DNA of 64,000 bases from an uncultured delta proteobacterium (GCA_963796685.1 CAWCMR010000008.1:1-64000), one strand, 5' to 3'. Positions 1 to 22,081 are shown, counted from the first letter of the stretch. Notes: generated by a model from the sequence alone, not told the origin. Translations and numbers: made by a program.

Positions 1-563
<563 letters not shown>

Positions 564-572
564 CTGATTCTC

Positions 573-902
573 CTAGGGAACGTCGACCACGATGGTCACG
601 TTGGAGGTTCGCCGATTGATGCGATTGGCGCGCCCCATGGATCGAGCGAGCCATCGCTTTTCGACGGGACCCGGATCCACGGTGATTTTCGTGACCATGA
701 GAGCGTCCGCATCGGCCTTCTCGTTGGCCGTTGCGTTGGCTACCGCCGAACCGAGCACCTTGCTCAGCATCTTGGCGGCCTTGCGCTGTTGAAAATTCAG
801 GATGGCCATGGCGTCGGCCACTTGTCGACCGCGGATCATATCCGCGACCATGCGCACCTTGCGCGGCGATTGTCGGAAACGTCTCAACACTGCGTGTGCC
901 AT
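573..902 (-). CDS. rplV: 50S ribosomal protein L22
   Basis: RQSPRKVRMVADMIRG...RSMGRANRINRRTSNVTIVV; S10 operon order. Confidence 0.97.
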   Translation of the reverse strand: MAHAVLRRFRQSPRKVRMVADMIRGRQVADAMAILNFQQRKAAKMLSKVLGSAVANATANEKADADALMVTKITVDPGPVEKRWLARSMGRANRINRRTSNVTIVVDVP

Positions 903-922
903 GTGCGTTTACCTTCCGTTCC

Positions 923-1270
923 CTACTTCTTCACTGCCGACGCGCCTGTCGCGGCGGAGGGTGCTGCGGGCGCCGCTGCAGCTTGGGCGCCTGCGCCGGC
1001 CGCGGCCTTGCGATCACCCGAATGGGTCATGAAGATTCGGGTCGGCGCGAACTCACCGAGTTTGTGACCAACCATGTTCTCCGTGACGAAGACGGGCAGG
1101 AACTTGCGACCGTTGTGCACGGCGAAGGTAAGGCCAACCATCTCGGGGAGAATGGTCGAACGACGAGACCAGGTCTTGATGACCTTCTTGGTCTTCTGCT
1201 TCTGCATGTCGACCACCTTGGTCATCAAGTGGCGGTCGACGAACGCGCCCTTCTTTATTGATCGGGCCAT
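923..1270 (-). CDS. rpsS: 30S ribosomal protein S19 with Ala-rich C-terminal tail
   Basis: [12 protein letters not shown]...[11 protein letters not shown]...HNGRKF...[11 protein letters not shown]. Confidence 0.97.
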   Translation of the reverse strand: MARSIKKGAFVDRHLMTKVVDMQKQKTKKVIKTWSRRSTILPEMVGLTFAVHNGRKFLPVFVTENMVGHKLGEFAPTRIFMTHSGDRKAAAGAGAQAAAAPAAPSAATGASAVKK

Positions 1271-1272
1271 GA

Positions 1273-2108
1273 CTAAGCCTTCTTTCCTCGGCGCTTGATG
1301 ATCATGCGATCGGTCCTCTTGTTCTCACGCGTCTTGAGCCCCTTGGCCAGCTGCCCCCAGGGCGAACAGGGATGGCGTCCGCCGGACGAGCGACCTTCGC
1401 CGCCGCCCATCGGGTGGTCCACCGGGTTCATGGTGACGCCGCGGTTGTGCGGACGCCAGCCGGCCCAACGCGTTCGTCCGGCTTTGCCGACTTGAACGCT
1501 GCTGTGCTCGACGTTGCCGATCTGGCCAATGGTGGCCCGGCAATCGAGATGGACCTTGCGAACTTCCCCCGATGGGTAGACGAACCTGGCCCCAGTCGCC
1601 TTCCTTGGCCATCAGTTGGGCTCCGTCGCCGGCCGAGCGCACAAGCTGGGCACGGCCAGCCACGTGCAGACAGACGTTGTGAATGGTCGTCCCGAGGGGT
1701 ATGTGGCGCAGGGGAAGGCTGTTGCCTGGCTTGATGTCGGCCTCGCGCGAGGACACGACCGTGTCGCCCACCTTCAACCCGATTGGCCATAAAATGTAGC
1801 GTTTCTCTCCGTCCGCGTAGTTCAAGAGCACGATGCGCGCGCTACGATTCGGATCGTATTCGATGCTGGCGACCTTGGCCGGGACACCGATCTTGTCGCG
1901 CCGAAAATCGATGGTGCGAAATCGCCGTTTGTGTCCACCGCCGCGAAAACGCACCGTGATGCGGCCAAAGTGATTGCGCCCGCGCGGGATTGGCTTTGCT
2001 CGCCGTCAACGACTTGAGCGGGTTGTTGCCTTGGGTCAGCTCGGAAAAGTCCGGCGCGACTCTGCCGCGGACACCGGGGGTGGTTGGGTTCAATGTGCGA
2101 AGGCCCAT
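1273..2108 (-). CDS. rplB: 50S ribosomal protein L2 (several apparent sequencing frameshifts)
   Basis: Fragments [55 protein letters not shown] across frames; TAG at 1273-1275. Confidence 0.95.
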
Positions 2109-2111
2109 GTC

Positions 2112-2444
2112 CTAGACTCCCTCGAAGAATTCGATCTTTTGCCCCGGAGCCAACGTGACCAGGGCGCGTTTCCAATTCGAGCGTCGGCCGATATAGCGTC
2201 CAACGCGCTTCTGCTTGCCACGAACGACGGCGGTGCGAACCTTGAGAACATTCACGTTCCAGATCTTCTCGACCGCGTACTTGATCTCGATCTTGTTGGC
2301 GTCGCGGGCCACTTCGAGGAGAAGCTGCGGCGGAACGCTCTCGGGGTCGCCGAGGTCCGCTTCCGCCCGACCGCCGGTTTCCTTGAGGAAGGTGCCCTTC
2401 TCGGTGAGAAGTGGTCGAACGATGATGTTTTCAGGAGAACGCAT
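2112..2444 (-). CDS. rplW: 50S ribosomal protein L23
   Basis: RPLLTEKG...ANKIEIKYAVEKIW...GRRSNWKRALVTL. Confidence 0.96.
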   Translation of the reverse strand: MRSPENIIVRPLLTEKGTFLKETGGRAEADLGDPESVPPQLLLEVARDANKIEIKYAVEKIWNVNVLKVRTAVVRGKQKRVGRYIGRRSNWKRALVTLAPGQKIEFFEGV

Positions 2445-2456
2445 GGTGTTCCTCTC

Positions 2457-3101
2457 TTACGTTCCGGAGGCTTCGGTTTCGGCCCCGATCACGCGAGCCT
2501 CGACCGCCTTGATTGCGTCCTTGGCAATCACGAGCCCGCCGTGGTTGAGGATGTCGTAGACATTGAGTCCCTCAGGCGGCAGGCAAACATGGGAGGGCAG
2601 GTTGCGAATCGACTTGACCAGGTTCAGGTTGCCCTTGCCATCCACCACCAGGGCGGAAGCAAAGCCGAGCGCCTTGAGGACACCGGCCATCCGCTTCGAT
2701 TTGGGCGCCTCGATGGTCAGCTTGTCGACGACCACGAGCTTCTTCTCCTGCGCGCGAAGCGACAAGGCCGAGGCAAGCGCAGCCTTCTTGATCTTCTTGG
2801 GCAGCGTGAACTCGTAGCTGCGCGGATGCGGTCCGAAGACCATGCCGCCGCCGACGAAATTGGGCGAACGGGTAGAGCCTTGCCGGGCGTTGCCCGTGCC
2901 CTTCTGGCGGTACGGCTTCCTGCCGCCGCCGCGCACGTTCATGCGGGTTTTCGTCGAGTGCGTTCCCGCGCGCTTGGCCGCCTGTTGGGCCTTCACGGCC
3001 TCCCAGAGCAACGGCCCCTTCACCGTGGCGGCGAACACCTCGTCGGCGATATCCATCTGGCCGACCTTCTGTCCTTCGATATTAACGACGTCGATCTGCA
3101 T
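2457..3101 (-). CDS. rplD: 50S ribosomal protein L4
   Basis: RAGTHSTKTR...GGGRKPYRQKGTGNARQGSTRSP...FGPHPRSY. Confidence 0.97.
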   Translation of the reverse strand: MQIDVVNIEGQKVGQMDIADEVFAATVKGPLLWEAVKAQQAAKRAGTHSTKTRMNVRGGGRKPYRQKGTGNARQGSTRSPNFVGGGMVFGPHPRSYEFTLPKKIKKAALASALSLRAQEKKLVVVDKLTIEAPKSKRMAGVLKALGFASALVVDGKGNLNLVKSIRNLPSHVCLPPEGLNVYDILNHGGLVIAKDAIKAVEARVIGAETEASGT

Positions 3102-3109
3102 GGCTGACC

Positions 3110-3415
3110 TCAGGTCTTGATCTCGACATCAACGCCCGCCGACAGGTCGAGCTTCATGAGAGCGTCCAGCGTCTGCTGCGTCGGATCGAGAATATCCAGC
3201 AGCCGCTTGTGCGTCCGAATCTCGAATTGCTCACGCGACTTCTTGTCCACGTGGGGTGAACGCAAGACGCAGTACTTGTTGATCTTCGTCGGCAACGGAA
3301 TTGGACCTGCGACTTTGGCGCCGGTTCTTTTGGCGGTGTCGACGATCTCGCCCGCCGATTGATCCAGCAGGCGGTGATCGTAGGCTTTCAGCCGTATCCT
3401 GATTTTGGGTGTCAC
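3110..3415 (-). CDS. rpsJ: 30S ribosomal protein S10
   Basis: GTG start at 3415; [15 protein letters not shown]...GPIPLPT...[21 protein letters not shown]. Confidence 0.97.
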   Translation of the reverse strand: MTPKIRIRLKAYDHRLLDQSAGEIVDTAKRTGAKVAGPIPLPTKINKYCVLRSPHVDKKSREQFEIRTHKRLLDILDPTQQTLDALMKLDLSAGVDVEIKT

Positions 3416-3461
3416 TTGGTGCCCCCTTTTACTTTGCTCGCTTTGACTCCGCCAGAGATTC

Positions 3462-4659
<1,198 letters not shown>

Positions 4660-4682
4660 GGTTTCCTCCTACGGCGATGCGA

Positions 4683-6764
4683 TCACGAACTGCGAACCCG
4701 ATTGGCGATTCCGTCGACAACGTGGTTCGGAACTGGTGCGAAGCGCAGGAACTGCATGGTGAACGTCGCCCGTCCCTGCGTGAGCGATCGAACATCGGTC
4801 GAATACCCGAACATGCTCGAAAGGGGAACCTCTGCGGTCACGGCTTGCGCGCCACCGCGAGGTTCGATTCCGATAATCCTGGCACGCCGAGCCGACATGT
4901 TGCCAACCACGGCTCCCACGTACTGGTCGGGGACCACCACGTCAAGAGACATGATGGGTTCGAGCAAGACCGGACCAGCCTTGGCCACGGCATCCGCAAT
5001 GGCTTGAGCGGTCGCAATCTGGAAAGGCCATCTCGTTCGAGTCGAGCGGATGGTAACCGCCATCGAGCAGCGTCACTACGGCATCCCCAATCGGGTAACC
5101 GCTGACCGCGCCTCGAGACCAGCGCCGTTTTGGCGCCACGCTCGACCGCCACAACCCATTCGCGCGGCACCGCGCGCGTGGAGGCAAGGTTGCGGAAGGC
5201 GAAGCCGGATCGCTCGCTCCCGGGCTCGACCCGCAATTTCACCTGCGCGAAAAGTCCGCGCCCGCCAATCGAATGCTCGAACCGGCCTTCGGCCTCGGCC
5301 GCCCTGGTGATGGCCTCGCGATAGGCGACCTGCGGGCGTCCCACGGACGCACGCAGGTTGTATTCGCGGACCAGACGATCGACGATGATCTCGAGGTGCA
5401 ATTCGCCCATGCCGGAAATCACGGTCTGGCCCGTCTCGGCATCGGTCTTCAAGCTGAAAGAAGGATCTTCGATGGCCAGTTGCTCGAGGGCCCTCAGAAG
5501 ATCCTGCTGCTCGGCGCTGGTCTTGGCCTCGATGGCCACCGAACACGTCGGTTGTGGGAATTCGATGAGATCGAGCGTGATCGGCTCGTCCGCGTCACAC
5601 AGAGTATCGCCCGTCGAGGTGACGCGCAGGCCGGCGGCGGCCGCGATGTTGCCGCAAGTGACTTGGCGGATCTCTTCGCGACGGTTGGCGTGCATGCGCA
5701 TGAGGCGGCCGATCCGCTCGCGCTTGCCCTTGGTCGCGTTGAAAACGGTCGCCCCCGTGGCGACCTGGCCGGAATAGACCCTGAAATAGGTCAGGGGCTC
5801 CGACACCACGTCGCTCATGATCTTGAACGCCAGCGCGGAGAAGGGCTCGTCGTTGGAAGCCCGGCGGACGATGGGCTCGCCGCCGGCGGAATGCCCCTGA
5901 ACGGGAGGCATGTCGGCGGGAGACGGCAGATAGTCAACGATGGCGTCGAGCAGCGGCTGCACGCCCTTGTTCTTGAAGGCGGCTCCCAGCAGCACGGGCA
6001 CGGCCTTGCCGGCGATGGTTGCGCGGCGAAGCGCGGCCCTGATTTGCTTCGCCGGAATCTCGGCGCCCTCGACATAGAGCGACAGCATCTCGTCGTCGGC
6101 CTCGCCCAGGGCTTCGATCATCGCCACACGCGCACTCTTCGCGGCCTTCACGAGGTTGGCGGGGACCTCGCGTTCCAGGAAGATGGCGCCGGTCGTATCA
6201 CCCACCCATTCGAGCGCACGCATTCCGACCAGATCCACGACCCCGGAGAACGAGTCTTCGAGTCCCAAGGGGATCTGGGTAAGAACGGGATGGGCTTTGA
6301 TACGATCGCGAATCTGCTGCACGCAGCGCCAGGGATCCGCGCCAAGACGATCGCACTTGTTGATGAACGCAATGCGCGGGACACTGTACTTGTCGGCCTG
6401 CCGCCAAACGGTTTCGGACTGGGGCTCGACCCCCCCGACCGCGCAGAACACCGTGACCGCGCCATCGAGCACGCGCAGGCAGCGTTCGACCTCGACCGTG
6501 AAGTCCACATGCCCAGGCGTATCGATGATGTTTACGCGATGATCGCGCCAGAAACAGGTCGTCGAGGCGGCCGTGATACTGATGCCTCGCTCTTGCTCCT
6601 GCTCCATCCAATCCATGACGGCGGTGCCCTCATGCACTTCGCCCATGGTCCGCGACACGCCGGTGTAGAAAGAGAATGCGCTCGGTGGTCGTGGTTTTCC
6701 CCGCATCGATATGCGCCATGATCCCGATGTTCCGGGTATGATCTATGGGGACTTGCCGAGCCAC
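4683..6764 (-). CDS. fusA: Elongation factor G, divergent str-operon copy (apparent frameshifts near 6690, 5117, 5025)
   Basis: GTG 6764: [25 protein letters not shown]; [56 protein letters not shown]. Confidence 0.93.
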
Positions 6765-7029
6765 GATTCGTTTCTCTCTCCGCGCTCAAGTGGATCTCCA
6801 GACGGGCTCTTCACCCTCAAGGGACCACAAGGTCCGCGGTGTTGCGTTTACCTGGTCAAGAACTGGTCCAGGCTACTTCGGTCGGCTGGAAGGATGAGCA
6901 AAAACCTCTATGCCTTTGCCGACCCCTTCAACGACCTATCGAGCCCGAATCTTCTCGCCCTTATGTTGTCTGGTTCTCTCTTTGGAATGGTTATTCGATC
7001 TACTGAACTGTTGCTACTAGCCGTCGCTT

Positions 7030-7521
7030 CTACCAGCGGTAATGCGCGAATGCCTTGTTCGCTTCCGCCATCTTGTGCGTATCTTCGCGCTTCTTCACGG
7101 CAGCGCCCTTGTTGTTGCTCGCGTCGAGCAACTCGGCCGCGAGCTTCTCGCGCATGGTACGGCCGTCCGAGCGCTCGCGCGCCGAGTGAATGAGCCAGCG
7201 CATACCGAGGGCCAAGGCGCGATCCGGCCTAACGTCGACGGGAACCTGGTAGGTGGCACCGCCCACCCGCCGCGACTTGACCTCGATTTTGGGCTGCACG
7301 TTGCTGAGCGCCTTGTCCCAAACCTTCACCGGATCGTCAGCGGCCTTTTCCGCCACCAGATCGAGCGCGCCATAGACGATTCCCTCGGCGATCGCCTTCT
7401 TGCCGGACTCCATCACGGTGTTGACGAACTTGGTAATCCGGCGACGCAGATCGACCGGCTGATCCGTGAACTTCGGGTCGGGAAGCGGCTTGCGCTTGGG
7501 AACTTCACCTTTGCGTGGCAT
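7030..7521 (-). CDS. rpsG: 30S ribosomal protein S7
   Basis: [10 protein letters not shown]...[15 protein letters not shown]...[15 protein letters not shown]. Confidence 0.98.
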   Translation of the reverse strand: MPRKGEVPKRKPLPDPKFTDQPVDLRRRITKFVNTVMESGKKAIAEGIVYGALDLVAEKAADDPVKVWDKALSNVQPKIEVKSRRVGGATYQVPVDVRPDRALALGMRWLIHSARERSDGRTMREKLAAELLDASNNKGAAVKKREDTHKMAEANKAFAHYRW

Positions 7522-7575
7522 CTATCAACTTCTCCGTGGGGAAAGCGTCTTGAAAGGAAATCTCCGCGTCATCGG

Positions 7576-7947
7576 CTACTTGGGCCGCTTGGCACCGTAT
7601 TTCGAACGCCCCTGACGACGGTTGCTGACGCCGGCGGTATCGAGGCTGCCGCGAATGATGTGGTAGCGCACGCCCGGCAGATCCTTGACGCGACCACCGC
7701 GGATCAGCACGACCGAGTGCTCTTGCAGATTGTGGCCTTCGCCCGGAATGTAGGTCGTGACTTCCATGCCGTTGGTGAGGCGAACGCGCGCCACCTTGCG
7801 CAGGGCCGAGTTCGGCTTCTTCGGCGTGGTGGTGTAGACGCGCACGCAGACCCCCCGACGCTGGGGACATCCCTTCAGCGCGGGCGAGTCGGTCTTTCGC
7901 CGCATCACTTGGCGGCCAGATTTCACGAGTTGATTGACGGTAGGCAT
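7576..7947 (-). CDS. rpsL: 30S ribosomal protein S12
   Basis: MPTVNQLV...[17 protein letters not shown]...[10 protein letters not shown]. Confidence 0.98.
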   Translation of the reverse strand: MPTVNQLVKSGRQVMRRKTDSPALKGCPQRRGVCVRVYTTTPKKPNSALRKVARVRLTNGMEVTTYIPGEGHNLQEHSVVLIRGGRVKDLPGVRYHIIRGSLDTAGVSNRRQGRSKYGAKRPK

Positions 7948-8030
7948 CTTTGATTCTTCCTCGGCGGGCGCAGATTCCTGATTCGGAATGTGCCTATTTC
8001 CAGGTACTCCCCAGGTCCGAGGAGTGGTGC

Positions 8031-8058
8031 ATTATAGGGATCGAGATCCCAATGTCAA
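8031..8058 (-). promoter_or_regulatory. sigma70-type promoter of the str operon
   Basis: Minus strand TTGACA-ttgggatctcgatccc(16 nt)-TATAAT, about 85 nt upstream of rpsL. Confidence 0.85.
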
Positions 8059-8067
8059 CGAGAAGTT

Positions 8068-16528
<8,461 letters not shown>

Positions 16529-16746
16529 ATGCGCTCTCCCTCGCCGTTGGTTACCTACGAACGCCGGCACGGAGACCGTGGGACGGTTTCCGTGCCTCCC
16601 CGCGATGAGATCGCGCCGAGCCAAGCTCGACGTCCCCCCACGCGAGTAAACAGTCGTACGCCGGAGGGCGCATCTTGCGTCCCCGGCGAATGTGATTTTC
16701 GACTGTCGACGGGCTGTCGACTCTGTGTTGTCAACTGCCGACGTGC

Positions 16747-17130
16747 CTACTTGATTTCAACCTTTGCACCCGCATCTTCGAGCTTCTTCTTGAAGCCTTC
16801 CGCGTCGGCCTTGGACACGCCTTCCTTGACGCTCTTGGGGGCGCCGTCCACCAAGTCCTTGGCTTCCTTGAGGCCAAGCTGGGTGAGCTCGCGCACCGCC
16901 TTGATGACCTCGATCTTCTTGGCACCGGCCTCCTTGAGGACGACCGTGAACTCGGTCTGCTCGGCGGCGGCGGCGGCACCAGCGGCTGGTGCGGCGGCAG
17001 CGGCGGCGACCGCCACCGGCGCGGCCTTGACGCCCCACTTGTCCTCAAGCTCCTTGGTCAGGGCAGCGATGTCCATGACGGACAGCTTGGAAAGAAAATC
17101 TACAACTTGCTCCTTCGACACATCGGCCAT
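16747..17130 (-). CDS. rplL: 50S ribosomal protein L7/L12
   Basis: Ala-rich hinge; [25 protein letters not shown]. Confidence 0.98.
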   Translation of the reverse strand: MADVSKEQVVDFLSKLSVMDIAALTKELEDKWGVKAAPVAVAAAAAAPAAGAAAAAEQTEFTVVLKEAGAKKIEVIKAVRELTQLGLKEAKDLVDGAPKSVKEGVSKADAEGFKKKLEDAGAKVEIK

Positions 17131-17196
17131 ATCAGGGTCTCCTTCTGGGTTTCTAAATCATGTTGTTGAAAGTTCGCAGACGGGCGTAGCCGTCGG

Positions 17197-17728
17197 CTAC
17201 TTGTTCTCGCCGTTCTTGAGCGCGTCCTCGCGCGCGGCGAGCAAGTGAACGAAATTCTGCGGGGCTGCGGCAAGCAGTCGCAGGAAGTTCTGAGGCACGG
17301 CAAGCAGGGTTGCAAGGAATGTTGCACGAGCTTCGTCTTTGCCTGGCAGCGTAGAAAGGGCTTCGACGCCCTGCTTGTCGAGCAATTTCCCGTCGATGTA
17401 CCCGCCCTTGATGACGAACTTGCTCTCGACCTTGGCCATCTTGGCCGCCACTTTGGCAGGGCGCGGACGGATCCTCGGTCGAGTACGCGATCGCCGTCGG
17501 CCCCGCGAGCAAGGTACCCAGGATCTCCATGGCCGTGCCTTTGACGGCCTTGCCGAGGAGGGTGTTCTTCACCACCTGGTATTCGCAGCCCACGGCGCGG
17601 AATTCGCGGCGGAGCTTGTTGTCGCCTTCGACGGTGAGCCCGCGGAAATCGGCGAGAATCAGGCTCTGCGCCGACGCAAGCCGCGTCTTCAAGGAATCGA
17701 TATTCGCGTTTTTCTCTGTAGCGTTCAC
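17197..17728 (-). CDS. rplJ: 50S ribosomal protein L10 (apparent frameshift near 17463)
   Basis: ADFRGLTV...VVKNTLL...GPTAIAY joined to [11 protein letters not shown]...LSTLPGKDE. Confidence 0.95.
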
Positions 17729-17741
17729 GATGAAAGCCCTC

Positions 17742-18456
17742 CTAGTGGACGCCGAATTCGGCGACGAGCGGGGTCGTATCGACTTTGATCCCCGGCCCCA
17801 TCGTGGTGGAGAGAGTGATCGACTTCATGTACGTGCCCTTGGCTGAAGCGGGCTTGAGCTTCATCAGTGTTTCCACCATGACGCGGGCATTCTCGTGCAG
17901 CTTGTCGCCGCCGAACGATGCCTTGCCGATGCGGGCGTGAACCACGCCGGCCTTCTCGACGCGGAACTCCACGCGGCCGGCCTTGAGCTCGACGTACCGC
18001 CTTGGCGACGTCGGTCGTCACGGTGCCCACCTTCGGGTTCGGCATGAGACCCTTCGGACCGAGCACGCGGCCCAGGCGGCCGACGAGCCCCATCATGTCG
18101 GGAGTGGCGACGAGCGAATCGAAGGCGGTCCAGTTTTCCTTCTGGATCTTCTCGACGAGGTCTTCGGCCCCTACGAAATCCGCGCCCGAGTCCTGCGCAT
18201 CCTTGGCCTTGTCACCCTTGGCGATCACGGCCACGCGCATCGTCTTGCCCGTTCCATGGGGCAGCACGATAGCACCGCGAACCATCTGGTCCGCGTGCTT
18301 CGGGTCGACGCCCAAGCGGACCGCGATGTCGACGCTTTCGTCGAACTTCGCGACCTTGGTCTCGGGCAACAATTGACAGGCTTCCGCCAAGGTGTATCGC
18401 TTCAGGCGATCTACCTTCGCGGCCGCTTTCGTGTACTTCTTTCCGGTTTTGGGCAT
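17742..18456 (-). CDS. rplA: 50S ribosomal protein L1 (apparent frameshift near 17995)
   Basis: [26 protein letters not shown]...LPHGTGK...[12 protein letters not shown] joined to EFRVEKAG...[11 protein letters not shown]. Confidence 0.96.
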
Positions 18457-18476
18457 GGTGTCCTTCTCGTTCGGCG

Positions 18477-18923
18477 TTAGCCTTCCACCTCGACGCCCAT
18501 GGAGCGTGCGGTTCCGGCTATGGTCCGCATCGCAGATTCGACGTTGGTGGTGTTGAGGTCGGGGAGTTTCATTGTGGCGATATCGCGCAGCTGCTTCTTG
18601 TTGATCTTGCCAACCTTGACTTTGTTGGGTTCCTTGGAGCCCGAGCCCGGCTTCTTCGCCGTGGCCAGCCCAGCCGCTTTCTTGATCAAAACGGCGGCGG
18701 GCGGAGTCTTGGTGACGAAGGTGAACGACCGATCCGAGAACACCGTGATGACCACGGGGATCGTGACCTCGTCCTTCGCTTGCGCTTGCGTGCGAGCGTT
18801 GAACTGCTTGCAGAAGTCCATGATGTTCACGCCGTGCTGACCGAGCGCGGGCCCGACGGGTGGAGCCGGGTTGGCCTTGCCGGCGGGAATCTGGAGCTTG
18901 ATGTAACCTGTTGCTTTCTTCAT
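18477..18923 (-). CDS. rplK: 50S ribosomal protein L11
   Basis: [34 protein letters not shown]. Confidence 0.98.
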   Translation of the reverse strand: MKKATGYIKLQIPAGKANPAPPVGPALGQHGVNIMDFCKQFNARTQAQAKDEVTIPVVITVFSDRSFTFVTKTPPAAVLIKKAAGLATAKKPGSGSKEPNKVKVGKINKKQLRDIATMKLPDLNTTNVESAMRTIAGTARSMGVEVEG

Positions 18924-18940
18924 CGGATCTACCTAGCAGT

Positions 18941-19462
18941 TCAGACTTTCTCGACCTGTGCAAAATCAAGCTCGACCGGGGTCGCCCGGCCGAAGATGGA
19001 GAGGTTCACGCGGAGCTTCTGCTTCTCTTGCTTCACTTCGACGACGATTCCGGTGAAGTTGGCGAACGGCCCCTCCACGACGCGAACGTTGTCGTTCTCT
19101 TTGAAGTTCTCACGCGGCCGAGGCCGCGACGCGCCCTCGGTGATGGCCGTGTTGATATTCTGGATCTCGGTTTCCTTCACGGGCTGCGGGTTCATGCCGC
19201 CGAGGAACCCGGTGATCCGGGGCGTGTTCTTCACCAGGTGGAAGGTCTCCTGGTCGAGATCCATCTGCACGAACATGTAGCCAGGGAAAAACTTCCGCGT
19301 CGTGGAGCGCTTCTGTCCCTTGACGAGCTCGACCACCGTGTCGGTTGGAATTAGCACGTTCCCGAACTTTTCGTTGAGCCCCGCTTGTCGCACCCGATCC
19401 AGAAGCGACAAGCGCGCCTTGTTCTCGTGTCCCGAGTAAGTGTGTACGACGTACCATTTCAT
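18941..19462 (-). CDS. nusG: Transcription termination/antitermination factor NusG
   Basis: [13 protein letters not shown]...FFPGYMFV...GPFANFTG...[17 protein letters not shown]. Confidence 0.97.
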   Translation of the reverse strand: MKWYVVHTYSGHENKARLSLLDRVRQAGLNEKFGNVLIPTDTVVELVKGQKRSTTRKFFPGYMFVQMDLDQETFHLVKNTPRITGFLGGMNPQPVKETEIQNINTAITEGASRPRPRENFKENDNVRVVEGPFANFTGIVVEVKQEKQKLRVNLSIFGRATPVELDFAQVEKV

Positions 19463-19488
19463 AGCGGTGGGGCCAATCGGTTCGGTTG

Positions 19489-19845
19489 TCACTTGAGGAT
19501 CTTGCCCGCAAGAAACGCCCAGATCAGGTCGAAGAACGACAAGATCAGGGTTGCGATGAGAACCGTCACGATGACGATAACGGTTGCGTAGTAGGTTTCC
19601 TTCTTCGTCGGCCAGGTCACCTTTTCCAGTTCCTTGGTCACGTCCGAAGCCGTGGCGAAGACGCGCTCGTTGCGGTAGGCAATGATTCCGCCCACCACGC
19701 CGCACATCAACGCAGCGCCCTGCATGGCCAGCTCGTTGGGTTTGGCGAAATAGCTCCAGATCCAGTCCCCGGTCTTGTAGATCAAGAACGAGAGCACGAG
19801 CATTCCGACGGCGAAGGTCAGCTGTATGTACTTGTTAGGGCCCAT
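19489..19845 (-). CDS. secE: Preprotein translocase SecE (three-TM form)
   Basis: ELEKVTWPTKKETY motif, hydrophobic helices, between tRNA-Trp and nusG. Confidence 0.93.
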   Translation of the reverse strand: MGPNKYIQLTFAVGMLVLSFLIYKTGDWIWSYFAKPNELAMQGAALMCGVVGGIIAYRNERVFATASDVTKELEKVTWPTKKETYYATVIVIVTVLIATLILSFFDLIWAFLAGKILK

Positions 19846-19867
19846 GGTTGCCCCATTCTCCACTGGT

Positions 19868-19969
19868 GAAATGGGAGGGGAGGGGTGGGGTCCCCCACCC
19901 TTTCCCCTCCCAAACCCTCCCGCGCTCTGGCTTCGCCGGGCGGAGCCCGGCTCCGCCTACGCGAGCCTG
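19868..19969. repeat. Palindromic dispersed repeat (REP-like family A), copy 1
   Basis: Hairpin gggaggggaggggtgggg/ccccaccctttcccctccc then ccaaaccctcccgcgctctggcttcgccgggcggagcccggctccgcc, near-identical to 20071-20130. Confidence 0.8.
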
Positions 19970-19971
19970 AG

Positions 19972-20044
19972 CAGGGCAGGCGGGACTCGAACCCACAACA
20001 CGCGGTTTTGGAGACCGCTGCTCTACCATTAGAGCTACTGCCCT
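19972..20044 (-). tRNA. tRNA-Trp (CCA)
   Basis: AGGGCAGTAGCTCTAATGGTAGAGCAGCGGTCTCCAAAACCGCG...GTTCGAGTCCCGCCTGCCCTG; canonical position before secE. Confidence 0.96.
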
Positions 20045-20047
20045 ATT

Positions 20048-20131
20048 GTGATGGGAACCCTGGGAGGGTTCCCAAACCCTCCCGCGCTCTGGCTTCGCCT
20101 GGCTAAGCCCGGCTCCGCCCACGCGAGCCTG
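20048..20131. repeat. Palindromic dispersed repeat (REP-like family A), copy 2
   Basis: tgggaaccctgggagggttccca hairpin + aaccctcccgcgctctggcttcgcctggctaagcccggctccgcc. Confidence 0.85.
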
Positions 20132-20149
20132 GGAACCCTGACCTGAAAG

Positions 20150-20208
20150 CACCTCGCCCCGCGTAGCGGGGAGAGGTCGCCGAGCGCAGCGAGGCGGGTG
20201 AGGGGCGG
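20150..20208. repeat. Second palindromic intergenic element (CCCCTCACCC...CCTCTCCCCG..CGGGGCGAGG type)
   Basis: Hairpin cctcgccccg/cggggagagg followed by cgccgagcgcagcgaggcgggtgagggg; resembles REP-like elements of high-GC bacteria. Confidence 0.55.
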
Positions 20209-20250
20209 CCCCGGAGAACACGCCGTCCGGGAAAACTGTGGAGACAAAGC

Positions 20251-20409
20251 TCACTTCGTCTCCTTGTGCTCCGTGTGCTTGCGGCACCTGCTGCAGTACT
20301 TGGACAGCTTGAGCTTCTCCGCGTTCGCGCGCTTGTTCTTCGTGCTGGAGTAGTTGCGCTCGCGACAAACTTGACACTCCAGGGTAATAATCACTCGCGC
20401 GGTAGCCAC
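20251..20409 (-). CDS. rpmG: 50S ribosomal protein L33, zinc-binding (CxxC...CxxC) form; too short for the ORF track
   Basis: Manual translation: [52 protein letters not shown]. Confidence 0.96.
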   Translation of the reverse strand: MATARVIITLECQVCRERNYSSTKNKRANAEKLKLSKYCSRCRKHTEHKETK

Positions 20410-20442
20410 GGGGTCCTCCTAGTTCGCTTTCCGATGGGTTGA

Positions 20443-21639
<1,197 letters not shown>

Positions 21640-21707
21640 CGTCTGATCTCCGGAAGAGCCCTGTTTGGTTCTTTGTGTTCAGCCCACTTATCACACTTAT
21701 TCGCGAG

Positions 21708-21781
<74 letters not shown>

Positions 21782-21865
21782 GTGTCTCTTGTCTCTATTC
21801 GTTCTTTTTCTTCCTACGACCTTCTTCAGACACGCTGCAAAACATGGGAGGCAGCCTGCCCGCTG

Positions 21866-21938
<73 letters not shown>

Positions 21939-21996
21939 GTTGAAATACTTCATCCATTTTGTTTTCTGAATTCCCACAAATGTTCGCGGTCGATGA

Positions 21997-22081
<85 letters not shown>

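Noticed and set aside
19868-20208. Repeats around tRNA-Trp as a CRISPR array or prophage att site
   Set aside because: Only two long imperfect copies, the 'spacer' is the tRNA, and there is no cas or integrase gene or duplicated tRNA 3' end
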